Shown here piece by piece: positions 45,875 through 59,914 of a DNA stretch of 64,000 bases. Numbering within the stretch: the first letter of the stretch is position 1; each line of letters opens with the position of its first letter. The position numbers were made by a program, and so were the translations under genes. Origin of the DNA: Macrostomum lignano (taxonomy: Eukaryota); contig NIVC01001983.1 in NCBI GenBank assembly GCA_002269645.1, positions 62,001 through 126,000 on the forward strand, written 5' to 3'. The notes below the pieces were generated by a model. That model made no database searches. It saw nothing but the letters and a program-made list of their open reading frames with translations, and had not been told where the DNA came from.

Positions 45875-48812
45875 CACAAGGGAATTAGGAATTAGGGAAT
45901 TAAAAGAAGATTCAAACATCAGGGAATTAAAAGAAGATTCACAAATCAGGGAATTAAAAGAAGATTCACACACGAGGGAATTAAAAGAAGATTAACACAC
46001 GAGGGAATTAAAAGAAGATTAACACACGAGGGAATTAAAAGAAGATTCACACACGAGGGAATTAAAAGAAGATTCACACATCAGGGAATTAAAAGAAGAT
46101 TCACACACGAGGGAATTAAAAGAAGATTCACACACGAGGGAATTAAAAGAAGATTCACACACGAGGGAATTAAAAGAAGATTCACACACCAGGGAATAAA
46201 AAGAAGATTCAAACATCAGGGAATTAAAAGAAGATTCACACATCAGGAAATTAAAAGAAGATTCACACATCAGGGAATTAAAAGAAGATTCACACATCAG
46301 GGAATTAAAAGAAGATTCACACACGAGGGAATTAAAAGAAGATTCACACACGAGGGAATTAAAAGAAGATTCACACACGAGGGAATTAAAAGAAGATTCA
46401 CACACGAGGGAATTAAAAGAAGATTCACACACCAGGGAATAAAAAGAAGATTCAAACATCAGGGAATTAAAAGAAGATTAACACACGAGGGAATTAAAAG
46501 AAGATTCACACACGAGGGAATTAAAAGAAGATTAACACACGAGGGAATTAAAAGAAGATTCACACACGAGGGAATTAAAAGAAGATTCACACACCAGGAA
46601 ATTAAAAGAAGATTAACACACGAGGGAATTAAAAGAAGATTCACACATCAGGGAATTAAAAGAAGATTCACACACGAGGGAATTAAAAGAAGATTCACAC
46701 ACGAGGGAATTAAAAGAAGATTCACACACGAGGGAATTAAAAGAAGATTCACACACGAGGGAATTAAAAGAAGATTCACACATCAGGGAATTAAAAGAAG
46801 ATTCACACACGAGGGAATTAAAAGAAGATTAACACACGAGGGAATTAAAAGAAGATTCACACACGAGGGAATTAAAAGAAGATTCACACACGAGGGAATT
46901 AAAAGAAGATTCACACACGAGGGAATTAAAAGAAGATTAACACACGAGGGAATTAAAAGAAGATTCACACACGAGGGAATTAAAAGAAGATTCACACATC
47001 AGGGAATTAAAAGAAGATTCACACACGAGGGAATTAAAAGAAGATTCACACACGAGGGAATTAAAAGAAGATTCACACACGAGGGAATTAAAAGAAGATT
47101 CACACATCAGGGAATTAAAAGAAGATTCACACACGAGGGAATTAAAAGAAGATTAACACACGAGGGAATTAAAAGAAGATTCACACACGAGGGAATTAAA
47201 AGAAGATTAACACACGAGGGAATTAAAAGAAGATTCACACACGAGGGAATTAAAAGAAGATTCACACACCAGGAAATTAAAAGAAGATTAACACACGAGG
47301 GAATTAAAAGAAGATTCACACACCAGGAAATTAAAAGAAGATTAACACACGAGAAAATTAAAAGAAGATTAACACACGAGGGAATTAAAAGAAGATTCAC
47401 ACATCAGGGAATTAAAAGAAGATTCACACACGAGGGAATTAAAAGAAGATTCACACACGAGGGAATTAAAAGAAGATTCACACACGAGGGAATTAAAAGA
47501 AGTTTCACACACCAGGGAATAAAAAGAAGATTCAAACATCAGGGAATTAAAGATTCACACACGAGGGAATTAAAAGAAGATTCACACACGAGGGAATTAA
47601 AAGAAGATTCACACACGAGGGAATTAAAAGAAGATTCACACACGAGGGAATTAAAAGAAGATTCACACACCAGGGAATAAAAAGAAGATTCAAACATCAG
47701 GGAATTAAAAGAAGATTAACACACGAGGGAATTAAAAGAAGATTCACACACGAGGGAATTAAAATAAGATTAACACACGAGGGAATTAAAAGAAGATTCA
47801 CACACGAGGGAATTAAAAGAAGATTCACACACCAGGAAATTAAAAGAAGATTAACACACGAGGGAATTAAAAGAAGATTCACACACGAGGAAATTAAAAG
47901 AAGATTCACACACGAGGAAATTAAAAGAAGATTAACACACGAGGGAATTAAAAGAAGATTCACACATCAGGGAATTAAAAGAAGATTCACACACGAGGGA
48001 ATTAAAAGAAGATTCACACATCAGGGAATTAAAAGAAGATTCACACACCAGGGAATAAAAAGAAGATTCAAACATCAGGGAATTAAAAGAAGATTCACAC
48101 ATCAGGAAATTAAAAGAAGATTAACACACGAGGGAATTAAAAGAAGATTAACACACGAGGGAATTAAAAGAAGATTCACACACGAGGGAATTAAAAGAAG
48201 ATTCACACATCAGGGAATAAAAAGAAGATTCACACACGAGGGAATTAAAAGAAGATTCACACACGAGGGAATTAAAAGAAGATTCACACACGAGGGAATT
48301 AAAAGAAGATTCACACACGAGGGAATTAAAAGAAGATTCACACACCAGGGAATAAAAAGAAGATTCAAACATCAGGGAATTAAAAGATTAACACACGAGG
48401 GAATTAAAAGAAGATTCACACACGAGGGAATTAAAAGAAGATTAACACACGAGGGAATTAAAAGAAGATTCACACACGAGGGAATTAAAAGAAGATTCAC
48501 ACACCAGGAAATTAAAAGAAGATTAACACACGAGGGAATTAAAAGAAGATTCACACACGAGGAAATTAAAAGAAGATTCACACACGAGGAAATTAAAAGA
48601 AAATTAACACACGAGGGAATTAAAAGAAGATTCACACATCAGGGAATTAAAAGAAGATTCACACACGAGGGAATTAAAAGAAGATTCACACACGAGGGAA
48701 TTAAAAGAAGATTCACACATCAGGGAATTAAAAGAAGATTCACACACCTGGGAATTAAAAGAAGATTCACACACGAGGGAATTAAAGATTAACACACGAG
48801 GGAATTAAAAGA
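45875..48812. repeat. 27-bp satellite (GGGAATTAAAAGAAGATTCACACACGA), about 2.9 kb
   Basis: Accounts for all CESSFNSLV and NLLLIPSCV ORFs. Confidence 0.98.
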
Positions 48813-50034
48813 AAAAGGTTTTCATAAGAAGTTAATCGATTTTTTTTTTAGAGGACATTTAAGATCGCTTTAAGTTATGCTTTTATCGAATTAGGAAAGC
48901 AGAAATAGCACTAAACCATGATAGCTCCTTACCTTTCTAAGAATACATGTATAACAACGAACACAATAGTTCAACCTTGACACCAAAGCTACAACCTGGT
49001 AGGCCTTAATTATCAATAATTAAGCTTTCATGGTCACGCTTCATTAATCTGTTCATCTAAGCTAGGCTGTGACAGGGCACATCCGGCCACTAAGAAAACG
49101 CTTCGCCCCTAAACACCGCTTATCCAAGCTTGCAGCAAGTAAGACTGAAACTAGAAGCTTGCCACAATTAGCAGCAATTTGCGCTTCGATTGACTTCAGC
49201 ACACGCAGGCTGGCACATCCGCCAGTATAATCGATAAAGATCATTTATTCTTTTTTTAAAATAACATTCGCGTATAAATGTAGATCAATGCGCCTCTTGA
49301 ACGGACGCTATTCAGCGCCAGAAATTGCAAAAGCAACAACAACAAGGAAGCCGGTCAGGGGAAAAAACACATGTGTACAAGTACAGGGCGAAAAAATAAT
49401 AACTGATGAAAAATTTCGATTTCTCAAAGTCGTGGGAAAATATAGAAAATAGACATGGACTAAGCAGGTAGGGAAAAATCAAGATGATTACAAAAATATA
49501 GCAAAAAATAATGAGCGAATGCATCGAATCAATAAAATTAATCAATGGACAGAACCCGCACTCATTAGGAGATGGCGAGCCTGCTAAGCATTTGAGCACA
49601 CAATGCCTATAAATAAGCAATAAATATAATACTAAAAAAGCCAGCAAAATCAGGTGTAAAAAAGCCATTTGAATCAGTGGAATAAATATTAATTAAATTC
49701 AATCAATTTGGCAGAACCAAAGCTCGGTTTGGGTTCGAATAGTGTGTACAGGGAAAAATCAGTGCTTTAAATACATACTGATTGGAATATAGAAATTGCC
49801 TGAATCAACTGGAAAGGTGATACAAAGTACTGTCTATATAAATAACAATAAATAACAGCTAAAAGTGCAAGCAGGACAGCAGTTAGCGCGAAAAGTTAAG
49901 CCACGGAAGTTTAAGAATTAGCATATTAGTAAAGAACAAGTAAAGAACAGTTCTTGATTGCGTATAAGACGTAGCAAAGCTACGATATGAGAACGAATCG
50001 TTAAAAACGTTTAACCAAATCTAACAGGGATGGG

Positions 50035-50692
50035 ACAGGGGGTGGCATCTCACTGATGGGTCAAGGATGGGGTGGCATCTCACCGATGGATCAAGGATGG
50101 GGGTGGCATCTCACTGATGGATCAAGGATGGGGTAGGGGGTGACACCCCTCTGATGGATCAAGGATGGGATAGGGGGTGACACACCTCTGATGGATCAAG
50201 GATGGGGTAGGGGGTGACACCCCTCTGATGGATCAAGGATGGGATAGGGGGTGACACCCCTCTGATGGATCAAGGATGGGATAGGGGGTGACACCCCTCT
50301 GATGGATCAAGGATGGGATAGGGGGTGACACACCTCTGATGGATCAAGGATGGGGTAGGGGGTGACACACCTCTGATGGATCAAGGATGGGGTAGGGGGT
50401 GACACACCTCTGATGGATCAAGGATGGGATAGGGGGTGACACACCTCTGATGGATCAAGGATGGGGTAGGGGGTGACACCCCTCTGATGGATCAAGGATG
50501 GGGTAGTGAGTGACACCACTCTGATGGATCAAGGATGGGGTAGTGAGTGACACCACTCTGATGGATCAAGGATGGGGTAGTGAGTGACACCACTCTGATG
50601 GATCAAGGATGGGGTAGTGAGTGACACCACTCTAATGGATCAAGGATGGGTAGGTGGTGGCACCCTTCTGATGGATCAAGGATGGCGTAGGG
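50035..50692. repeat. 37-bp G-rich minisatellite (GATGGATCAAGGATGGGGTAGGGGGTGACACCCCTCT)
   Basis: Tandem copies about 150 bp beyond the stop of the receptor ending at 50846. Confidence 0.95.
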
Positions 50693-50845
50693 ACTGACCT
50701 TCAATGACCTTCAATGAGTATAGACTTCAGACTCTAGCGCAATGAACAATGAAAATATAAAAACTAAAACTAGAAGTTACAAGCGCCTCACACTAGCCTG
50801 GTCACTGTGCAATGTTTTGAACAAAACCACAAACACTCGATTCAA

Positions 50846-53648
50846 TTAGTTTGCCGAGTTGTCCCGCTTCTTTTTCTTGGCCGAGTATTCACCAATGAAC
50901 GAGCCGTCCTCGGTGAAATCGCCCACTAAAGAGTATAAAATGATTTAAGTTTATTATATAATGGAATTATTGCACAATTTATAGATACAAACACACAAAT
51001 GAGCACTCACTATCGCCCATGTCGTCTTTGTAGACGTCCAATTCTCGATCGTCTTGACTCTTGATTGACACACCCGAGTAGGAATTCAGCGACATTCTTT
51101 CAGCCCGCATTGGCGCCTCCTCCGCCGGCTGGTACTCCTTGAAGTGCTCCTCCTTGACCTCCAACTCGGGATGGTTGCCCTGCTGGCGCTCCTTCTCGTC
51201 GACCAAGTAAGTCTGGCCCGAGTCGCGTCTCAGAAGCAGCACCAGGAGTATGATTGCAATTAGAACAATGAGAGCGGCCAGGGTGATGCCAGCAATGAGG
51301 CCGGCACTGGCGCTGGCTAGCCCAGCAGCCGGCTGCTCGTCGCTGATCCAATTGAAACCCAGTCTAATGCTTAAATCGGCGAGCAAATCAGCCGAGTCAA
51401 AGTCGGTGGAGTAAAAGCAGGTAGAATCGGCTCGGCAGTCTCGGTCACCAAATGACACAATAGGCTGGCCGTAGCGCTCTTTGTGCAAGTTTAGATTAGT
51501 AAGCTTCGTACCGGAGGAGTCTTTGTACCCAAAATTAAATACTGGCGTTAAATATTTGTACTTTTGTAGAATAGAGATGACTTCTTTTTTAGCGTTAGGC
51601 AATATTTTAAACAACAAACGGTTCGTCTCGGGATAGAACTTTGATACAGAAATATCCTGTCCATGGATGGTATGAATGTTTTCAAGCAGCTCGTTGTCAA
51701 TCTTAAAATAGGCAAACACTTTGACACCGCTTGCCGCCAACCGACGAGTCATGTCGGGGCTCAAAGAGACTTCAAAAGTACCGCCAACTTTGTTGGAGCA
51801 TTTCTGCTCAGAACAAGGCTTAGCAGACGTTCGATTGAAACTTAAAATCGTGGGTCGCTTAAGAAAGATGACATTGCTGCTGCTCTGGATGTTGTATGAT
51901 GGTAGGCCAACCTTCTGGGCATCGGCAGGGCTGACAGATGCATCGCACACGAATCGATGAGTGAAGTTCAGATAAGTTGAAGAATCGGAGACAGGCACCC
52001 GGGAGATTGTCAGGTTTAGTGTTTTGGTTTCGTTTGTTTTAAGAGTTGACTGGCGAACGGTGGAAACAGAAGAGGAAAACATCTGATTAAATTGGTCCAG
52101 ATCGAGCTTTTTCCACTTCTGATCAGCGGTGCCAATGGTGTGAAAGGCTGGAATCACGTCGACTTGGTCCATATTAGTGTAGTACACTGTGCAGTTATAA
52201 GAGAGAGTCTCGTTTTCAATTGCAAATACTACTTGAGGCAAGTCTCCCGAAACAATTTTGCTGTCGCTATCGTGCAATCTTGTTAAAAACTGGGGCATGG
52301 AGACAATTTTAACGTCAAACTTGAAGCTCTTCCCGCCAGCCTCGCACCTGTATTCACCGGAGTCGTTCTCGAAAAGCTCAGCTGGAAATTCGATTACATT
52401 TCCTGTTCGAGAAATTTTCAGTCCCTGAACATAAGTCCATTCGCTTTGACCGTTGGACACAATTTGTTGGTTGCCATGGTAAAATCTAAACACCTGGTTA
52501 GGATCGTCACAAATAATTGGACACACTAACGGGGTGTAGTCCATGCCAGCAAATATGCTCACTGATCGAGCCGTGCCCGAGCCAACAATCGAACATTCAG
52601 TGGTTCTTGAACCCATTTGCTTATAATTCACAATAGTAGTAGATATTCTCTGCTTAACCTCATCAACCTTGAAATACGGCTGGCTATGACCAGCAAAAGA
52701 AACTAGAGTGCAAATACCGATTTCTTTGGGCGATCCTCGGTCTCTGAAGAAGTTTGATATGGCGGTTGTTAGTCCATATTTCGAATAGTACAACCTGCCG
52801 TCATTCAAGCTTAATCCAATATGTTTTAACAAATTAATATTATTCTCATTCATCTTTGAGTAGTAGTTAACAAACATAGAGACCAAATGCGACTGGAAAT
52901 TCTGACAGTCGCCGGCATCGAATTGCAAAATTGCCCCAATGTTGATCTTTGCCTTGATAAAATCCGGAGCTGACCGAATCCGATCGACAATCTGCTGGTC
53001 GATAAAGGGCACATAAGAGAATGGATCGTCGGTAGTGTTCATCTGGATCATGAAATTGATGGCCGGCACAGTTAGAAAGCGCTTATAAAAGCTGTCAATA
53101 ATGGCGTCGTTAGACGATGAACTGGGCGATTTGCTAATAGCGTCTAGGTTGTAAACAAACAGACTGTTGGATGTGATTGTGCCGACAGGAAATTCAACCC
53201 GGATGTACAGTTGAATCTTTTGAGAAAACACGTTATCGTAAGTTTGCATCGAATCCAAAAGTGTAAAATAGAAGTCAATGCCTTCCTTTCCGCTCACTTT
53301 ACTAATGGTGAAGGGCATAGTGCCCGGACAATAATTACTCTGCGACTGAACGCTACTAAGAGCGACTTCCTCCGGAGGACTCGACTCAGTACACCTGTAA
53401 ACTAGAACCTTGGTGCCAGAGCTGTTGCCAGTATCGCCGCCAACGTTAATCCTGATAATAAGCCGCTTATCTTTGTTAAGAAAGGCCAACTTGTTGGATA
53501 CGCCAACTTCCCAGACGTCGTCCCAGGACAGCATAATTTTGTTAGACTGTGAGTACACAAACTGTGGCGACTTCTGCGCAACACTAACTGCTAGTAGGGC
53601 CGCCAGCAGCACGCATAGCCAGCTGAAAGTCTGGCTCCAAGCCATCAT
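50846..53648 (-). CDS. Divergent L1/neuroglian-family type I membrane protein, paralog A (degenerate Ig domains, TM, FIGEY tail)
   Basis: Exon 1 is 53648-51011 (signal peptide, ectodomain with an Ig motif CPII..DSGEYRC, TM, RRDSGQTYLVDEKE..FKEYQP). Phase-1 intron 51010-50926 (GTGAGT..TTTAG). Exon 2 is 50925-50846 and reads (M)GDFTEDGSFIGEYSAKKKKRDNSAN*. Confidence 0.85.
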
Positions 53649-56330
53649 GCATCAAAATGGCAAAGGGAGCATTGTGAAAGGATTCTAAACTTTTAATAAG
53701 TCTAAGACAAACATTAGAGTTTCCAGTACAGTAGACATATTGAATTTTCCTACCAAAAGTGGGGGATCGGCCCTACCACAGCAAAAAGTGGGGAGGGGGC
53801 AGTGGTGCCAATAAACCTTTCAGGCTTTATGAAGTTTAATAAAATCTAAATAAAAACACTAGAGAAGTTCTCTAAATAAAAACACTAGAGAAGTTCTCCC
53901 AAATAAAATTCAGATTTTAAGAATTCTTCGACTTGAAATTTTCGCATTGCAAAAGGCTCAAAATGAATGAACGCGTATTTATTTTTGTTCGCAAATCGAT
54001 ATTATAATTTTGCAAAGCGGCGAAAAAATCAGTTATAAACACGACGAGAGAAAACATTTTTTTCGAGGACGCACGAGTAACAGATTTGAGAATTTCGCGT
54101 AACAAAAATCGGTAAAAAAAACACGCGGGATTAATTATTAGGAACATGGCGATCGGGTAAGCAGGTATTAGAGCAGTTATTATAAAAAGCATAGAAATAT
54201 TGTGAGCTAATGAAGCAAGGAAAGCAGTCAGAATTTACAGCACAAAGAGGTGCAAAGCTGACAAAAAAGTTTAGAGACATGTAACTGCACCTCTGAATGG
54301 CAATTATTTTACGAAATTAATAATTTTAGGACAGAAAATCAAATAAAACACTGCACTGCACACGGGGTAAGAGTCGGGTGAAGGAAATTTCTCCTGGCCA
54401 GTTTCTGTATTCAAAGCTCCTTGAGCTGACTAGGGCCTAAACTAAAGCTTGCACAACCAGCCGACCTTATGATTATGCATTATAACAAGAATGCTAGGAA
54501 CAAGATAACGATCTTGATCTGACCCCTAATGCCCACAGGCAAGCCAGGCCTTATTCTGTAATATCTGCACATGCAGTATGTAGGACCCGCAATCTATGCA
54601 GTCAACAGGCCATCAATTCAAACAAGTTGTACGCATGGCGCATATTTTCCCTAGTTAGTTATATGGGAATACGGCCGCGAAATCTCTCCCAGCTCCTATG
54701 GGACCAATGCAAATGGAACTTGTTATTGCCTCTCTTGCCGCCTAGATACGTGCTACACCTCCATCCGCTGGCAAGGTACGCTTTCCCATAGGTTAAAAAA
54801 ATAGCAAAAGACCAATTCGGCTGGCTAAATATAACAGTAAGAGGAATGCCGACAGGGGTTAGTATGCCATTCTTAGAAACTAAAATGTTGAACAAATTCC
54901 AGTTTAAACTAACTAAGCTTGACTAAAGGTGGTATTTTAAAGTAAAAAAATGACAAAAAGTTGATTATTACACAATTAAATGTTGCTTTTAAAACAAAAG
55001 AAGCAGAAAAAGCAATGAGTAAAGCAGTAAATTTGCTGCAAATAGCAGCCACACAGCTGACTAAATTAAAAATACGTTACTGTAATTCAAAACTTACGCA
55101 ATGTTACTAACAAAAATATTGACAGCTGTGCTTTTACATTAAACTCATTAGGTTAGCTATTCAGGACTTAATATATCGGATAAATGAAGAAAAAAACTGT
55201 AACAGACACTGATATGCTGCTTTTGACTAAATGGGAGGAAAAAAAGCAAAAATTGATTGCTGCTTGAAGCAGAAAAAAGTTAGAATTCTAAACACATTGT
55301 ATTGCTACCGTGGAGATTAGAACTTGAAAAAAACACACCTCTTTAAAAAAATAAACGCCTAAATAAAATTGCAATAGCCCGGCTAATCGCGGCGGTTCTG
55401 ATTAGTATGAAGATTGAATATTTAATATTTGATCGGGGTTATTTCGAGTAGCCTCACTGCCACCGTTGATATCATTTGCATCAGGCTTAGTAGTATCAGA
55501 CCACACAGCTCGGGGGTGATTATTTAGCTTAGACCCACACTAAACTATAATAAGCTATCTGAAGGCAGAACAGAGCGCATATCGACCGCCCTCCCTCCTG
55601 CCTTCCTTGACCGGCCTTAAACCTTCCTCTCTAAACCTCAGACCGGCCCGCACGCACGCACTGGGCGTGGGCAGAACTAGAGAAAGAGAAAAAATGGTCA
55701 AACCCGCTTCCAAAAATGCATTATGCAGATATATATGGAAGCTGACTTGTGCTAACAAATATCTATATCTATATATGACTATATTGATAAACTAAGACGA
55801 AATGCAAATACAGTTAGAAATGAGCTACAGCTCAGTCATTGAGAGCAACAGAACCGCTAACCTAAGTCTTCATCTGTCTTTTTAGTTTAGATATTACTGT
55901 TCAATAGACGGAGTTTGCTACTACGGTAGCTGAGGCAGCGATGAGATTGCACACAGGACATAGAAACATATTCTAATACATGTAATCTCTCAGATTTTTG
56001 TAAATTTGTTCAAACGGACAAAGTACTGTGATATGCATACAGATAACTAACGTTATGCGAAAACGCTATAAAAAGCAAAGGAAAGGTTGATACCATAGTG
56101 TATAGCCGCATAACAAGTATAAATATTTTAAACTGAACGAAAAACCTACAGAGGCACAAAGCCAGACAACACACAGAGAAAAACACTGCTAAATATTATA
56201 AAATATGACACGCTAGCAAATCATTACACTAGGCTGGCAATCCAATAAGCTATAGATAAGCTTAACACTACCCTCAGCTGACTGAACAGTTATCCACCTG
56301 GCTGTCTATCGCCACTTTCGTTCTCGCCTT

Positions 56331-59300
56331 TCACACTTGATGAGCGTTGAAGGCGTCGCGTCTACGCGCGTCCGTAGAATAATCGCCGATGAATGAGCCG
56401 TCCTCCACGAACTTTGCTGTAAAAGACAAGGAATTGCAAAGTTTTGAAATCCTAGTATTTCCATCGGATGCTAAAGCTTTCACACTCTCTCAAGGATTTG
56501 TCTCTCCCTTGAATCTCAAGACTTTGCCACCTTTAGCAACTCGGTCTTATGTGCCAGCGGGCCAGGCAGTCACATTAACTTTGTGACTAAACTGGAATCT
56601 CGGCTTGGCTCTGCTTGTGCAATCAACGCCCTTGAGGGCCAACCCCCAAGACACGTTAATTAAAGTGTACATGCCTAACGATAAATAAAGTTAGGGCCGC
56701 TGTACACTCCTGTGTGTGCCTGCTCAGGGGAGTCGGCGGAATGGGAAGTAAGTAATGCCTCTCGCTGATTGTGTGACAATGTCGCTTAAAGTGCGCCAGG
56801 ATGCGCACAGAGAGGGTCTCTTTTAGATTCAGAGGATTAAATTTACAATTCAGAGCATCAAGAAGTTCACACTTGATTTATTTGAACTTTTTTTATCCCA
56901 AAATGCCCTCTCATGACCCCAGATTTGTTTATAATCCAGCACTTGAATAATTTTAACCTGAGTTCGCAATGTTGAGCTTTGTGCTTGGCCCCATTTACAC
57001 AATAGTTGCGCATATGGGCGGAAAGACAGGGCAGAATTAGTCTATAAAATTTATTAACAGGCGCTGTGAGACTGATAAGAGATAAGAGATAAAGGCGGGC
57101 TAAATACTCTTCGTCTCGACAATTTCTTTAGGCTTAAATTCTTTACATGGCAAATGGAGCACTCGGCCAGTCATAACAGCGGGAGCTCATTCATTTTGAT
57201 CGCAGTTAGTTTTACGATTCTAGAAATTAGCCTTTTTTGGGATGGAGCTTGACCATATTAGGTTTGCTTTGCCATGAAGATTATGCCAATTAAGTCATGC
57301 TATGTATCGTACACACTGAACAGTACTTACTGCAGTCTATATCGTCGTTGCCATATTCCTCAAGCTCTTGGTCATCTTTGCTACCAGCAGAGATACTCGA
57401 GCCCACTGACATCTGCCTGGCCTTCAGCGGGCCCTCCTCGGGTCGCTGATACTCTTTGAACTGCTCCTCCTTGGCTTCCTGCTCAGGATGATTGCCCTGC
57501 TGGCGTTCCTTCTCGTCGAGCAAATAGGTCTGACCGGTGTCGCGTCGAAGAAGGAAGACGATGAGTACGGCAATAATTAGCAGTAAAACAATAGCCAATA
57601 TGATTCCCACAATGATGCTAGTGCTGGCAGTCGCCGCATTTTCGCCAACAACAGGCTGACCCTTGAAGTCCAGGCCAAGCATGAGGCCTTGAAGAGTGGT
57701 GTCAGCGTCAAAGTCGGTAGAGTAGAAGCAGAGATCGTCCGATCGACAGTCGCGCTTACCAGCAACAAGTTGGCGCGGGCCGTAGCGCTTCTTGTCAAAA
57801 ACTAGATTGGGCGATTTTGTGCCCTCTTCGTAGCGAAAGTTGAATATTGGTGTCAGCGTCTTGCGCGACTGAAGCTCGGTTAACACCTCAGGCTTTGTTA
57901 TGCGATTAACTTTAAAGGAAAGCTTTGTTGTATCCGGATCGTAGGATACTTTTGCCACATCCGGCTGATTAAGCACCTTGACAAAGTCCAAGTAATCATC
58001 ATCAATCTTGAAGTAACCTGTCACGGAAACGCCAATCGCTTTCAAATAGGCGGCAAGTTGAGGCTTCAGTGAAAATTGGAAATACGCCCCATCCGAGGCG
58101 GTGCACGACTGCAAGCTACAGTTCTTTGCCATGCTTATGTCGAAGCTGTTTAGTAGAGGACGGCTCAAAAAGAAAACACTGCTGCCACTCTGCACGCTGT
58201 AAGATGGCATACCAATCTTTTGGGTGTCAGCTGTGCCAACAGTTACGTCACACACGCAACGATGCGTGAAATTCAATCCAGTTGACGGATTTGCTGGCGG
58301 AACTTTGCCAATATTGAATGTTAGCGTCATCGATTCAAGTTGAGAAACTTTCGGCACAGTTATAACATTGGACACCGGAGTAGCCATTAGACGATTGAAA
58401 CTATCTAAATCGTATTTTTTCCAATTGTTTTCGCCCAAGGCAGCACTGTAAAAGACCGGTAAGACATTTGTAGTTGCAACGTTGGTAAAGTATGCCGTGC
58501 AGTTATAAGATAGTCCTTCGCCTTCCATAGCATACACTGTTGGTGGCAGATTACCAGAAATTTCTGAGCTAGAGCTGCTACCATACGATTTTGACGTAAA
58601 CTGCGGCATGGAAATTACTTGCGTGTTAAAGGTGAACCTTGTACCACCAGCGACGCACGTATAGGCACCCGAATGTTTATTGTAAATTATCGGCGGAAAC
58701 TCTATTATGTTGCCCGTCTTGGAGATTCGAATCCCATTCACTTCTGTCCAATCGCGCCGCGTATCCGGAACAAGACCCTTATCACCGTGAAAAAATCTGT
58801 ACACTTGGTTTGGACTGTTGCATATAATGGGACAAACAAGTGGAGTGTAGTCCATACCAGAGAATATTGTGACCGCTTTTTGATTAGTAGAACCGATTAT
58901 TTTGCAATTTGAGTTTCGATCTCCAAGTGTCTTGTAGGACAGCTCAGTCTTTGGTATCTTCTGCGCAATAGAGAATGTTTTGTCATAGGGTTGGCCTTGG
59001 CCTGCGAACGATAAAGTTGCGCAAATACCAATCTGAACCGGACTCTTGGAAGAAAAAAAATCAGAGATTATGGAACTGAGACCGTATCGCGAGTAGTGCA
59101 ACAGACCAGTCTCCGTGTCCAAATAGATATGCTTAAGTAGATTCTGGTTTCTTTCATCCAATTTTGAGTGATAGTTGACAAAGAGCGACGCCCTTGATAT
59201 CTGATAGGACTCGCATGTGCCAGCGTCAAAGTTAAGAATAGCTCCGATGTTAATCTTCGGTTTGAGAAATTCTGGAGCCTCCTTGATTATTTGGCTCATG

Positions 59301-59914
59301 GCAGGATCCAAAAATTGCGTACTATCAAACTCTGTATCCGGCATGTTCTCCGACATTCGCTTCAGAAACTGTTCAGCCCCTGCAGAAAGGAAACGCCTAC
59401 CATCCGGGTTCAGTTTGCCAATGGCATCTAAATTCCATACAAATAGGCTATTGGATTCAAGAACGCCAGACGAATGCTCGATGCGTACTCGCAATTCGAT
59501 TTTGTCAGAAAAGGCATGCGAGTATGGTAGTTTTGACGACAGTAGCGTGAAGTCGAATTCATTTTCGCGCTCGTTTTTAAGCCTCACTGAAAATGGTATA
59601 GTGTCTTTACACTGGACCTCATTTGAGCTGGACTTCAATGATTCCATGTCCATCATTGACTCAACATAATCTCGCCTGCACTTGAACTGTAGAATTCTTC
59701 TCAAGCCAGTACCAACATTTCCTACGACTACGATTTTAATTATTAGCCGTTTGTCAGTGTTCAAAAATGCTAACATGTTTGACGATCCAACTTCCCATGT
59801 TTCTTCCCAGGACAGCATGATCTTGTTGGTCTCGGAGAACTTGAATCTTGGCTTTTCATTGGCTGCGAGAGTGGCAGCAATTATGCAGAAGAGGATCAGG
59901 TGTTGATAGTGCAT
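56331..59914 (-). CDS. Divergent L1/neuroglian-family type I membrane protein, paralog B (FIGDY tail)
   Basis: Exon 1 is 59914-57331 from MHYQHLILF (signal peptide). Phase-1 intron 57330-56417 (GTAAGT..TTACAG). Exon 2 is 56416-56331 and reads (T)KFVEDGSFIGDYSTDARRRDAFNAHQV*. Collinear with paralog A along its whole length (KIMLSW..WEVG.SN.LAFLN.DKRLII, SGMDYTPLVCPIIC, RDCR.D..CFYSTDFD). Confidence 0.85.

Noticed and set aside
49062-49668. Two minus-strand ORFs, one very hydrophobic (49312..49668) and one with YTGGC (49062..49244)
   Set aside because: AT-rich sequence readily gives F/I/L-rich frames; no recognisable family motif or coherent splice model was found.
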